Shown here piece after piece: positions 1 to 8,284 of a stretch of 64,000 nt of DNA (positions are counted from its first letter, which is position 1; each line of letters begins with the position of its first letter). The position numbers and the translations under genes were made by a program. The notes beneath the pieces were generated by a model. That model had not been told where the DNA came from and searched no databases. It worked only from the letters and a program-made list of their open reading frames with translations. The DNA comes from a virus (Duplodnaviria > Caudoviricetes), in the IMG/VR virus record IMGVR_UViG_3300023174_000037; one strand, 5' to 3'.

Positions 1-1635
1 ACAGTAGAGTATCAAACAGCAGGTGTTTGGGATGTATACGTAGAAGATGTTGCTACTGGACCTAATGATGCATGGTCTTGGATAGATGTAACATTCAAAG
101 ATAATTTAATAAACAAACCTCAAGTATTCATTGAAAATCAGAAAGCAAGTGATGGTATACCACTTCGTTGGACCTTTGATGAAAACGGTAACTTAACACT
201 ACCATCGGGTGGCGTTGTATCAGAAGGTGCAGCACCAACGGGTCTTGGAAATACCATTGCTATAACACCGTCGGGCGGATCGGACGCCAACCAACAACTG
301 TTAGTATACCCAACTGGCAATATTGTTGAAGGTAACCATTTACATCTTACCACAGGCGATTTGTATAGCACCGAACTGTTCTTGGGCAATGACAATCTGT
401 ATGTAAAGTTGGCCAACACCGGCAATGTTGTCGTAAACAGCAATGACAATACTGGCAACACAGCACAGTGGATGTTTGGTGCCAATGGTAACTTAACATT
501 GCCTGGCAATATTATCGCAATAAACTATGCCAACGGTAACCGAGTAACCGGCGGCGTCACATTCAATGGTGAGGCCGTGATCGGCACCGGCACCAGCAAC
601 ACACAGAGTGGACTGTATCTTGCACCGGATCCTGTGTCCCTAACAAATGATTTATACCTGCGAGTGCGGGGCAATATCATTGACGAACCCACCCACATAC
701 ATTTTGACACTGGCAACAATCAATACTTCAATCAGTTCATCGGCGATGACAACAAGTATATACAGTTGGCCAACACCGGCAACATCGTAATCAACAGCAA
801 TGATGCGGCTGGTAACTCAGCACAGTGGACCTTTGGTGCCAATGGTAACTTGACTGTTCCTGGTGGTATTGTAGGCTCAGGAGCCAGCCCAGCACCTTAT
901 CTGTCAGGATTTGACAGCGTATCAGCTATAACTTTAAGTGCCACAGGCAACGTCACAGGTGGTAATTTAGTTACCGCAGGTTCAGGTGGTGCCATCACCA
1001 TGACTGGTGGCAACATCACTGGTGCCGGTAATATTTCAGCTGGTAATATCAGTGCCACAGGCAATGTCACTGCTGGTAACATATCAGCTGGATCAGGCAC
1101 TATAACTGGCGGAAATATCAATGGTGCAAATTTCAATGGCAATGTAGCATTTGGCACTGGTATAGTAGTAGGCTCTGGCAACATAACCGGTGGTAACATC
1201 AGTGCCACAGGCAATGTCACAGCCGTTAATTTCTTTGGCAATGGCGCAACATTATCTAATGTTGCAACTCAAGTAACAGGATCGTGGACTGTGCCTGTGG
1301 GCAACAGCACTCAGAGTTTCACTGTGTCTCCCAACAACACCTACTACCTGTGGGTCGATTCTAACATTGCCAATGGTATCATAACTTGGAATGCCACGGC
1401 TACTGTTACCAATACCAATGTGCCTGTGGTAGGTGCTCAGTATGCTTGGGTCTACAGCGGTGGTGGCACACCCATTGACTTTACCAGCATACCCAATCAG
1501 TTTGTGGGCACTGCCAACACCATACTTCGTAGCAGTGTGGCTCCCAGTGCAACCACCAATAGATTCGACTTTGGCATCAACAACACCAGCGGCAACGCTG
1601 TAACTGTGCGTTACGGTTACATCAAGATAAGTTAA
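1..1635 (+). CDS. Tail fibre-like, Gly/Asn/Thr-rich repeat virion protein (5'-truncated)
   Basis: Frame is open from base 1 (TVEYQTAGVWDV...) through the 361..1635 ORF. Repeated W(T/M)F(D/G)xNGNLT(L/V)P modules and SATGNVT(A/G)GN repeats. Confidence 0.7.
   Translation, partial: TVEYQTAGVWDVYVEDVATGPNDAWSWIDVTFKDNLINKPQVFIENQKASDGIPLRWTFDENGNLTLPSGGVVSEGAAPTGLGNTIAITPSGGSDANQQLLVYPTGNIVEGNHLHLTTGDLYSTELFLGNDNLYVKLANTGNVVVNSNDNTGNTAQWMFGANGNLTLPGNIIAINYANGNRVTGGVTFNGEAVIGTGTSNTQSGLYLAPDPVSLTNDLYLRVRGNIIDEPTHIHFDTGNNQYFNQFIGDDNKYIQLANTGNIVINSNDAAGNSAQWTFGANGNLTVPGGIVGSGASPAPYLSGFDSVSAITLSATGNVTGGNLVTAGSGGAITMTGGNITGAGNISAGNISATGNVTAGNISAGSGTITGGNINGANFNGNVAFGTGIVVGSGNITGGNISATGNVTAVNFFGNGATLSNVATQVTGSWTVPVGNSTQSFTVSPNNTYYLWVDSNIANGIITWNATATVTNTNVPVVGAQYAWVYSGGGTPIDFTSIPNQFVGTANTILRSSVAPSATTNRFDFGINNTSGNAVTVRYGYIKIS
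407..854 (+). repeat. Two ~91-bp direct repeats (407-497 and 764-854) inside the fibre gene
   Basis: agttggccaacaccggcaa...cagcaatga...gcacagtgga..tttggtgccaatggtaactt.ac occurs twice and encodes LANTGN..INSND..GN.AQW.FGANGNLT. Confidence 0.85.
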
Positions 1636-1638
1636 AAA

Positions 1639-2346
1639 ATGGCAATAACATTTGGATCTGGAATCACAATAGGAGCTGGCGTAGCAATTACACCGACTTT
1701 GTCAATAGTCACTGATGGATTAGTATTGTATTATGATTTTAGCAATCCTGCCAGTTATCCGGGCAGTGGCACTGCCGTAACAGATTTGTCCACTGCCGCC
1801 AACAACGGAACTGTGGTCAACGACTATGGCGCTATATCCTATGTTGCTGATGGCCAGACCAGTTATTTCAACTGGTCCACCGATGTAGGTGGCAGTGGAT
1901 CAAACTCATTTGGTGGCAGTATCCACACCGCAACGACCAACGTGTATCAAGATTTTACCATGGTTTTCCAACCCGACTTCACTGTGAGCGGATTTGCAGG
2001 ACTATTTGGTATTCCAGGTGACAAGAGTTTACGATTTTATAACGCTGGCTGGCAAGCACCCAATCCCGGCAACGACGACGATTGGGCCGCTGAAACCTTT
2101 GGTGCAACCACTTTCTACGTAAATGGAACGGCAAGCAATCAGGCGGTGGCCGGATGGAATGTCATGGGCGGTGCAACAACCAACCCTGCTTTCTCTGGAC
2201 CTACACAATTATATATTGGCACCAGTGGCTATGAGAATCGCAATATGCAAGGCAAGATTGCTGTGGTGTTGATGTATAACCGAACACTCACAGCACAAGA
2301 ACAACTGCAAAACTTCAACTACTACCGATCAAGATTCGGCCTTTAA
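1639..2346 (+). CDS. LamG/concanavalin A-like lectin domain virion protein
   Basis: IVTDGLVLYYD..NPASYPGSGT..TDLS N-terminus and G.IAVVLMYNRTLTAQEQLQNF C-terminus typical of phage LamG-like proteins. Confidence 0.75.
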   Translation: MAITFGSGITIGAGVAITPTLSIVTDGLVLYYDFSNPASYPGSGTAVTDLSTAANNGTVVNDYGAISYVADGQTSYFNWSTDVGGSGSNSFGGSIHTATTNVYQDFTMVFQPDFTVSGFAGLFGIPGDKSLRFYNAGWQAPNPGNDDDWAAETFGATTFYVNGTASNQAVAGWNVMGGATTNPAFSGPTQLYIGTSGYENRNMQGKIAVVLMYNRTLTAQEQLQNFNYYRSRFGL

Positions 2347-2382
2347 ATTACGGCCTGCACTCTAGTCCAGCATAATTACTAT

Positions 2383-3504
2383 ATGACATGGAATAAAGAA
2401 TTAAGAGCCATTCGATCTCTTCGAAGTGAACATCACGCCAACAACATTGAACCCAACGTCGTTAATATCAATTGGGACCTGGGCAAACGGTGTAATTATG
2501 ATTGCTCGTATTGCAGTCCAGCTATACACGACTGGACCAGCCCGCATCATTCCATTTCAGCTGTCAACGGCTTTATTCAGCAGGTAGATACCTGGATCCA
2601 ATCTCAAAACAAAACTTTCACTATGAGCATAACTGGCGGAGAGCCGTTTGTTCATCCCAACATACTTGAAATACTCAGAATCATTCGACAAGCCAAAACA
2701 TTCAAAGATCAGCTAGTGGTAATAACCAACGGATCTGTGCCGTTGGAATTGTATCGAACAGCATTCGAATACATAACACACTTGACCATAAGTCTGCATC
2801 TAGAAAGAAGCGATGCCGAAACACAAGCCACACTAGAAAAGGCTGTGGCCTTGCATCAAGAATTTCCAAACCATTGGATCAATGTTCAAGTCATGTGCTT
2901 GCCCGGAAAATTTGAGTTCCTTGAAAACGCTGTGATTCCGTTGTTGGAATCCAATGGTGTACGATTTACACTAAGAAGAATACGCCCTTGGTTAAACGAA
3001 GCAGTGGATGAATGGCAGACTGTATCAAAACGGCAAATACTCAAAACTGAATATACTTTAGAACAGCAAACTCAAATGAAGGAAGCCGAAAAGCTCAGGT
3101 TAGATACGAGATTAACACAAATATACAATTCAGAAGATTATTATACTGCCCAAGAACTGGCTTGGTTACGTAATCGGATTCCAGAAACCACATGGCAAAA
3201 CATCGGCATTTGGGACGAGGACATGCACTATCGTGAAGTCAACTCAGATCTCATGGTATCCAACAACCGTAATCAATTCAAAGGGTGGACTTGTTTTGCT
3301 GGCATTGACTCGTTGTTTATAGATTTTGACGGACTACTGTATCGAGGTGTGTGCCACAATGACGGACCAATTGGCCATATAAGCAAACAGATTGATTTTT
3401 CAAACGCACCCACTGTGTGTAAAAAACAGTGGTGTACCTCAAATGTGGATCAGACTGTGCGAAAGTCTCAGCCTGAATTCCTACATTTAATAACCAAAAG
3501 TTAA
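2383..3504 (+). CDS. Radical SAM protein with C-terminal SPASM/twitch-like Cys cluster
   Basis: CNYDCSYC, TGGEPF, ITNG; C-terminal CFAG..C..C..C. Confidence 0.85.
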   Translation: MTWNKELRAIRSLRSEHHANNIEPNVVNINWDLGKRCNYDCSYCSPAIHDWTSPHHSISAVNGFIQQVDTWIQSQNKTFTMSITGGEPFVHPNILEILRIIRQAKTFKDQLVVITNGSVPLELYRTAFEYITHLTISLHLERSDAETQATLEKAVALHQEFPNHWINVQVMCLPGKFEFLENAVIPLLESNGVRFTLRRIRPWLNEAVDEWQTVSKRQILKTEYTLEQQTQMKEAEKLRLDTRLTQIYNSEDYYTAQELAWLRNRIPETTWQNIGIWDEDMHYREVNSDLMVSNNRNQFKGWTCFAGIDSLFIDFDGLLYRGVCHNDGPIGHISKQIDFSNAPTVCKKQWCTSNVDQTVRKSQPEFLHLITKS

Positions 3505-3863
3505 CCTTTTAACTTTACAATGTGTTTGCAATCACCCTTTTGCCATTTGCTGGCAGGGCAAGTGCAGGCCCACGATCCACGATCATTGGTCACAGTATAA
3601 ATGGCACCGTTACTGCCGAGAACCTTATGTTGTTCTCCAACTGATTCTACTTCTACCTCATCGCGTGGTTTGAATCCCCAGGTGTTGGCGATCTCTTTAA
3701 ACTTGCGACCACGCACATGAAAGCGATACGGAGTTTTTACTTCGTCAATACGGCCTTCTCGATTGATGTAAGCATACATCTTGTCCTTGCTGTCACTCAA
3801 GAAGTAGACATGATTGACCACCCGTTCGTTGCCCCAATCAGTGATTTCTTGGAATACTTTCAT
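3501..3863 (-). CDS. SWIM zinc-finger protein
   Basis: C-terminal WACTCPA...CKH (CxC..CxH). Confidence 0.7.
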   Translation of the reverse strand: MKVFQEITDWGNERVVNHVYFLSDSKDKMYAYINREGRIDEVKTPYRFHVRGRKFKEIANTWGFKPRDEVEVESVGEQHKVLGSNGAIYTVTNDRGSWACTCPASKWQKGDCKHIVKLKG

Positions 3864-4186
3864 GCTGTTTGATGCTCCCGAATCATGCGAACCAAACGGT
3901 CACGATGCATATCAACACAATCAATCACACGGTCCACAGCCGTCATTGAATGCCCGCCGATGTGCCACATATACTCACCCATCGGAGTGTCATTCATTTT
4001 CCAGTCGTAAATTGTAGCGATTGTACCATCTTCAAATTGTAACTCCCAAATACAAGTGACTTTGTCACCTAGATCATTTGGGCCACAATCCGGATCACCA
4101 AATATCTCCGTCAGTTCTGCGTAAGTGATTCTGACTTCGCCTTTGTAACTGGTCATATTGCCATCGGCATTATTTGTAAATTTCAT
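3860..4186 (-). CDS. Hypothetical phage protein
   Basis: 108-aa ORF coupled to both neighbours (overlapping start/stop codons). Confidence 0.6.
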   Translation of the reverse strand: MKFTNNADGNMTSYKGEVRITYAELTEIFGDPDCGPNDLGDKVTCIWELQFEDGTIATIYDWKMNDTPMGEYMWHIGGHSMTAVDRVIDCVDMHRDRLVRMIREHQTA

Positions 4187-4407
4187 TATCTCTCCAAGAT
4201 AACATAGTCGCCAAAATGGCGGTCAAATACCTGCACAAGATTTTCGTAATCGCTAGATTTCATTTCAGCAAGAATAGCGTCACTATCTAACCCCAACTGA
4301 CGAGCGTAACGACTGGCCTGCCCCATTAGAAAAAAAGCATTACCTTGTGGACCTGTTAGGTCAATAACTGGAGTGCTGTATGGAAAATCAACTCGATCTC
4401 TAATCAT
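4186..4407 (-). CDS. Hypothetical phage protein
   Basis: 73 aa, IDLTGPQGNAFFLMG motif common in small phage proteins, AGGAA RBS upstream. Confidence 0.65.
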   Translation of the reverse strand: MIRDRVDFPYSTPVIDLTGPQGNAFFLMGQASRYARQLGLDSDAILAEMKSSDYENLVQVFDRHFGDYVILER

Positions 4408-4420
4408 CTTGGTTCCTATT

Positions 4421-4529
4421 AAAAAGTGCTGGTTTTAGTTTTGTAAGTCGCAACCACCAGCAAAAATTGACTTGCTTCGTATTCTGGGGTATCAAGGCTC
4501 CCCAAGGACCGCACGGCCCCATCACAGCC
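4421..4529 (-). ncRNA. Candidate structured RNA / attenuator leader
   Basis: ORF-free 120-nt gap with several complementary segments (GGCU/AGCC, GGGCC/GGUCC, UGGGG/CCCCA, AAGUC/GACUU, GCUGGU/ACCAGC followed by UUUUU). Confidence 0.35.
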
Positions 4530-4793
4530 TTATCTTGACAAATTCATTACACGGCCTTGGAACTCATTAAAGCTCACACGCCATGGAACAAATATCTCAA
4601 TACCAACACGACCTTTGTCTTCGCTATCGCTCCACGAATCACGAGTAACACGGATCCGGTAAGCCTGATAACCTTGCTCGTTACTGTGAGCATCGATTAC
4701 TTCACCTTCAACGAAACAATCTTCACGACCCTGCATTGGCTTGAAGTCGTATGCACGGATTACGTCACCATCTACTATTGTTAGTCCAACCAT
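4530..4793 (-). CDS. Hypothetical protein (SH3-like small beta protein), start corrected to 4793
   Basis: AAGGAG RBS then ATG at 4793 (MVGLTIVDGD...) directly below the promoter at 4824-4852. Confidence 0.65.
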   Translation of the reverse strand: MVGLTIVDGDVIRAYDFKPMQGREDCFVEGEVIDAHSNEQGYQAYRIRVTRDSWSDSEDKGRVGIEIFVPWRVSFNEFQGRVMNLSR

Positions 4794-4823
4794 TTTTTGC
4801 TCCTTTATTTTCACTATACATAT

Positions 4824-4852
4824 ATTATAAGCGATCGGCCATTTTGGGTCAA
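4824..4852 (-). promoter_or_regulatory. Strong sigma70-type promoter, cassette copy 1
   Basis: TTGACC-17bp(CAAAATGGCCGATCGCT)-TATAAT. Confidence 0.85.
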
Positions 4853-4870
4853 CCGTTTTGTAACCCCGTA

Positions 4871-4893
4871 AAAAAGCCCGTTTTAACGGGCTC
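4871..4893. terminator. Hairpin, probable intrinsic terminator
   Basis: AAAAAGCCCG-TTTTAA-CGGGCTC. Confidence 0.55.
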
Positions 4894-4898
4894 AAAAC

Positions 4899-4937
4899 TG
4901 TTGTTTTTTGGCAACATTTTGTTGTTTAAAAACAACA
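4899..4937. promoter_or_regulatory. Tandem TGTTG-N8-CAACA palindromes (operator-like)
   Basis: TGTTGTTTTTTGGCAACA (4899-4916) and TGTTGTTTAAAAACAACA (4920-4937). Confidence 0.55.
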
Positions 4938-4949
4938 AGATAACAGGGC

Positions 4950-4957
4950 TATAAATA
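4950..4957 (+). promoter_or_regulatory. T4-late-like promoter TATAAATA
   Basis: Perfect TATAAATA 7 nt upstream of ATG 4965; variants recur before many genes in the window. Confidence 0.7.
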
Positions 4958-4964
4958 CACCAAC

Positions 4965-5609
4965 ATGAAGCCCACAATAGCATTATTTGTCCACGATCCA
5001 AAGTGTTCGGTTCAATCAGGCAATGGCATAATGCAAGCTCTCGGCGAACACTATCGCTTCAAACTGTTCAGCAAGAATGCCTTGGAAGATTGTTTTTTTG
5101 ACAATGTGGATATGGTTGCATTTCCTGGAGGCATTGGTGATGCTGACAGTTTTGCTAGCCTACTAAAACATAACCAACGCCCAGTGACACAATTTGTCCA
5201 GCAAGGTGGCCGCTATCTAGGTATCTGTATGGGTGCCTACTGGGCCGGCAGTCATTACTTCAATATATTAGATTCAGTAGATGCTGTTCAATATATTACC
5301 CAACCGGGTGCAGATACAAGGAGACCACATGCTAAGAGCATTAATGTCAATTGGAATGGATCTAACACAGAAATGTTTTTTTACGATGGTTGTGCTTTGG
5401 TTGGTAACGGTAAGTTCGATACCATTGCTACGTATGCCAATGGTGATCCAATGGCCATTATCCAAAACAGAATAGGCCTAATTGGATGTCATCCCGAAAG
5501 TGAGCAGTTCTGGTACAACAGTTATAGCTGGATGCGACCACACTGGCATGAGCGTAGGCACCATCAGTTATTGTTAGATTTTGTAGATCAATTAATTTTT
5601 AGTAACTAG
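4965..5609 (+). CDS. Class I glutamine amidotransferase-like protein (BPL_N-type)
   Basis: FPGG.G, GGRYLGICMGAY nucleophile elbow, GCHPE His-x-Glu. Confidence 0.75.
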   Translation: MKPTIALFVHDPKCSVQSGNGIMQALGEHYRFKLFSKNALEDCFFDNVDMVAFPGGIGDADSFASLLKHNQRPVTQFVQQGGRYLGICMGAYWAGSHYFNILDSVDAVQYITQPGADTRRPHAKSINVNWNGSNTEMFFYDGCALVGNGKFDTIATYANGDPMAIIQNRIGLIGCHPESEQFWYNSYSWMRPHWHERRHHQLLLDFVDQLIFSN

Positions 5610-6596
5610 ATTGTCTCGGAATATTTCCCAAGCTCGTTCCCACGACCAGCGACGACTTCCTTCCCAAACCTGGTGCCGGTTCAAAAACAAACAATCAGTA
5701 ACCGCTTGTTTTAGGTCTGTATTCAAGCAACCTGTTATACCTTCGTCTACCACATCTAGTGGTCCTTGAACCGGATATGCTGCCACCGGAGTTCCGCAGG
5801 CCATTGCTTCGATCATTACAATACCAAACGTTTCCCACTCGCTAGGAAACACAAACACTTCGGCATTGGCATAATATCGTGCCAGTTCAACGCCAGTCTT
5901 GTATCCAGTAAAATGTACCTCAGGGTATTGTTTTCGGTAGGTTTCCAACATAGGACCGTCGCCTACCATAATTTTTAGATAACCAGGATAATCCAGTTCA
6001 AAAAACTTTTCTAAATTCTTTTCTTTACTAACACGGCTTACACATAATATATATCGGCTTGTTGTTTCTACTCTGTGTTCAGGATAGAATATTTCTCGAT
6101 CAACGCCACGTGTCCAACTAACAATCTCGCCATCAAATCCATGATCCTGCAATTCTTTTACCATGGTATCAGTGGTAGTCAACACTTTGCCACTGTGCTT
6201 GTGGAACCAACGCACTAGAGGCCAAGTAAGGCTCTCAGGTATGCCAAACAGTTTTCTAATTCCTTCTGGAAACTTAGTATGATAAGCAGTATTGTAGCGA
6301 TAACCGTGTTGGTCAAGATATTGTCTAGCACACAGACCCAAAGGACCTTCGGTGGCGATATGGATATAATCCGGACTGATCTCCTCAAATATCTTGCCCA
6401 CCGTGCGCTTCCTGGTAAGGGTAATCTTGACTTCGTTGTAGCCAGGGCAATCAACATAGCTGAACCGCCCGGGATCAAGATATACAACACGATAGTTGTC
6501 GCGAATCGCACACGCCTCAATATTTTTGTAGGTCGTAACCACGCCATTGATCTGCTCCGATAAGTTATCAGTTACTATAAGAATCGTCTTTGTCAT
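5592..6596 (-). CDS. GT4 glycosyltransferase, Agt-like (glycosyl/glucuronosyl-diacylglycerol synthase candidate)
   Basis: ILIVTD....QINGVVTT, IHIATEGPLG, YHTKFPE, SRVSKEKN, FPSEWETFGIVMIEAMACGTPV; coupled to the plcP-like gene. Confidence 0.8.
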   Translation of the reverse strand: MTKTILIVTDNLSEQINGVVTTYKNIEACAIRDNYRVVYLDPGRFSYVDCPGYNEVKITLTRKRTVGKIFEEISPDYIHIATEGPLGLCARQYLDQHGYRYNTAYHTKFPEGIRKLFGIPESLTWPLVRWFHKHSGKVLTTTDTMVKELQDHGFDGEIVSWTRGVDREIFYPEHRVETTSRYILCVSRVSKEKNLEKFFELDYPGYLKIMVGDGPMLETYRKQYPEVHFTGYKTGVELARYYANAEVFVFPSEWETFGIVMIEAMACGTPVAAYPVQGPLDVVDEGITGCLNTDLKQAVTDCLFLNRHQVWEGSRRWSWERAWEIFRDNLVTKN

Positions 6597-7344
6597 TTGA
6601 TTTTGTCCATGTTACTATATGCCATTGCCCGTCATGATGTTCTACCAGTGCTGAACAACTTTCAACCCAATCACCATCATTCATATACTCAACTCCATCT
6701 ATTGTTTTAATTTCTGCGTGATGTATGTGTCCGCATATTACACCATCGTACCCACGTTTTTTGCAATAGCCTGCTAGATTCTTTTCAAATTGAAACATAA
6801 AATCCGCGGCTTTTTTAACACGGTGTTTGAGATACTGGCTTAACGACCAGTAGCCAAATCCCAACTTGTGACGCACCCAATTAAATCTGCTGTTCCAATC
6901 CAGCACTAGGTCGTATAGTTTATCACCCATAAATGCAAGCCAAGGAGCAAGCCTAGTAATACCGTCAAATAAATCACCATGTGTAACCAAATAATGTTTG
7001 CCATTTATACCAATGTGTTCTGTTTGATTTACTATTTCTATGGCACCAAAGCCCATACCGTACGGAATCAACGGTCGAAGGAACTCGTCGTGATTGCCTG
7101 CTACGTAAATTACTCTAGTTCCACGCTTGGCGTGTCCTAGTATTCTACGAACAACATTGGTATGGCTCTGTTTCCAGCGCCATTTGTTTTGTTGAATTTT
7201 CCATGCGTCAATTATGTCGCCCACAAGATACAAGGTTTCACAGGTGTTGTGTTTGAGAAAATTGTTGAGTTGTTCAGCTTTACAATCTCGTGTACCGAGA
7301 TGAACGTCCGATATAAAAATTGAACGGTATGTTTTCTCTGGCAT
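6568..7344 (-). CDS. plcP: PlcP-type phospholipase C (metallophosphoesterase usually annotated UDP-2,3-diacylglucosamine hydrolase)
   Basis: RSIFISDVHLGTRDCKAE, YLVGDIIDAW, GNHDEFLR, THGDLFD, CGHIH, NDGDWVESCSALVE match the PlcP family pattern. Confidence 0.75.
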   Translation of the reverse strand: MPEKTYRSIFISDVHLGTRDCKAEQLNNFLKHNTCETLYLVGDIIDAWKIQQNKWRWKQSHTNVVRRILGHAKRGTRVIYVAGNHDEFLRPLIPYGMGFGAIEIVNQTEHIGINGKHYLVTHGDLFDGITRLAPWLAFMGDKLYDLVLDWNSRFNWVRHKLGFGYWSLSQYLKHRVKKAADFMFQFEKNLAGYCKKRGYDGVICGHIHHAEIKTIDGVEYMNDGDWVESCSALVEHHDGQWHIVTWTKSNDKDDSYSN

Positions 7345-7376
7345 GCATGTATTTACTGCAATGCCAGATAAAAAGT

Positions 7377-7394
7377 GTTACAGTTTTATTACTT
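7377..7394 (-). promoter_or_regulatory. Pho-box-like site upstream of plcP
   Basis: Minus strand AAGTAATAAAACTGTAAC, 14/18 identical to CTGTCATAAAACTGTCAC, 32 nt upstream of the plcP ATG. Confidence 0.5.
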
Positions 7395-7520
7395 GACTGA
7401 CTCGGTGTGCCTGTGCTTGAGACTTTTCTTTAGTAGTCTAAACCAAAACTTTTTAGCCTTGTCAACATTGTGTTCAATCTCGGCACGGTTTAATTTTAAA
7501 ATTAATTTTTTGACTTTCAT
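7389..7520 (-). CDS. Small basic protein, 43 aa (not in the ORF track)
   Basis: GGAGG RBS then MKVKKLILKLNRAEIEHNVDKAKKFWFRLLKKSLKHRHTESVK*. Confidence 0.6.
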   Translation of the reverse strand: MKVKKLILKLNRAEIEHNVDKAKKFWFRLLKKSLKHRHTESVK

Positions 7521-7589
7521 AATCACCTCCTCTGTAATATTACAATAACACTGTATATATCAAAAATCAACTAGAAAATTGTGACAAAG

Positions 7590-7666
7590 AAAAAGGACCT
7601 TTCGGCCCTTTAGCGTGGATTACGGATTCCCACGACACCTTATCTTGTGCCCGCTCTTTTATTTAG
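7590..7666 (-). ncRNA. Candidate small RNA: late-type promoter, two hairpins, intrinsic terminator
   Basis: CTAAATA (7666-7660), GGCAC-AAGAUAAG-GUGUC, CGUGG-11nt-CCACG, GGGCC-GAAA-GGUCC-UUUUU; no ORF. Confidence 0.4.
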
Positions 7667-7834
7667 TGGATGTATTATTACAAAGAGATGACTTCATCAA
7701 CAGCAAAATTATCACCGTCTACTGGATCACCGAGATCTATTTCACCACTGCTGACCAACTCCTCAGCCTGCTCAGCTGATTCAGCTTCTACCTCAACCAT
7801 ATAGGTCACGGTTTCGCTACAATACACACGAAAT

Positions 7835-8023
7835 TTAGACATACGCAACCTCCCAGTTAGCAATACGGCGTTCAATTTCAGCTTCAAGAATGTTCATGAT
7901 GATGTCGTCTTTGACACCACGACTTGGACAGTTCATGTAGGAATCAAAAAGACCTTCTACTTCTTTAAACGGCATAGTACGAACAATTTCTTTATACTCT
8001 GCGAAAGTGCGATACTGTGACAT
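7835..8023 (-). CDS. Hypothetical protein
   Basis: 62-aa ORF with AAGGA RBS in the small-ORF cluster below the 8663-8691 promoter. Confidence 0.55.
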   Translation of the reverse strand: MSQYRTFAEYKEIVRTMPFKEVEGLFDSYMNCPSRGVKDDIIMNILEAEIERRIANWEVAYV

Positions 8024-8026
8024 AAT

Positions 8027-8284
8027 TTATCCTTGGACGAATACTTCGATTGATTGAACATGCTTGACAAATTCCGCATACGACATGGTCGCATATGGAC
8101 TGTGGTTATAAAACTCGTAGGGCATTTTAATGCGCTGACCGTTTTTATAGCACTCGTGAAAGGTTTTGATATTGTCTTCTTCGACATCATCCCAGGGACA
8201 ATATTCATAACCAAGATAGTTGTATAGACCTTTCATGTTAGTTGGCCTCATAAGCTGCTTTAACTTTACGATTGAATTCGGCAC
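8027..8284 (-). CDS. Hypothetical protein (true start probably a downstream Met)
   Basis: MKGLYNYLGYEYCPWDDVEEDNIKTFHEC... follows the stop of the 8238 ORF. Confidence 0.5.
   Translation of the reverse strand: MPNSIVKLKQLMRPTNMKGLYNYLGYEYCPWDDVEEDNIKTFHECYKNGQRIKMPYEFYNHSPYATMSYAEFVKHVQSIEVFVQG

Noticed and set aside
1-2346. Diversity-generating retroelement acting on the fibre or the Mtd-N-like spike
   Set aside because: Repeat differences are not adenine-specific, both copies are coding, and no reverse transcriptase is present.
4485-4529. Assignment as a ZTP riboswitch or HDV-like/twister ribozyme
   Set aside because: Lacks the ZTP 3' CGCCUGGGC element, the HDV P3/L3 and catalytic C junction, and the twister core; kept only as an unnamed structured RNA.
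4899-4937. TGTTG-N8-CAACA read as a CRP, FNR or LexA site linked to the phage cyclase
   Set aside because: CRP is TGTGA-N6-TCACA, FNR is TTGAT-N4-ATCAA and proteobacterial LexA is CTGT-N8-ACAG; none fits.
6568-7344. LpxH lipid A biosynthesis enzyme
   Set aside because: The motif pattern and coupling to an Agt-like GT4 with a Pho-box-like site fit PlcP better; no other lpx genes are present.
7614-7634. CGTGG...CCACG hairpin resembling a tRNA T-arm
   Set aside because: No GTTCRA loop, D-arm, acceptor stem or CCA; no tRNA cloverleaf was recognised anywhere, though a tRNAscan run is needed to be sure.
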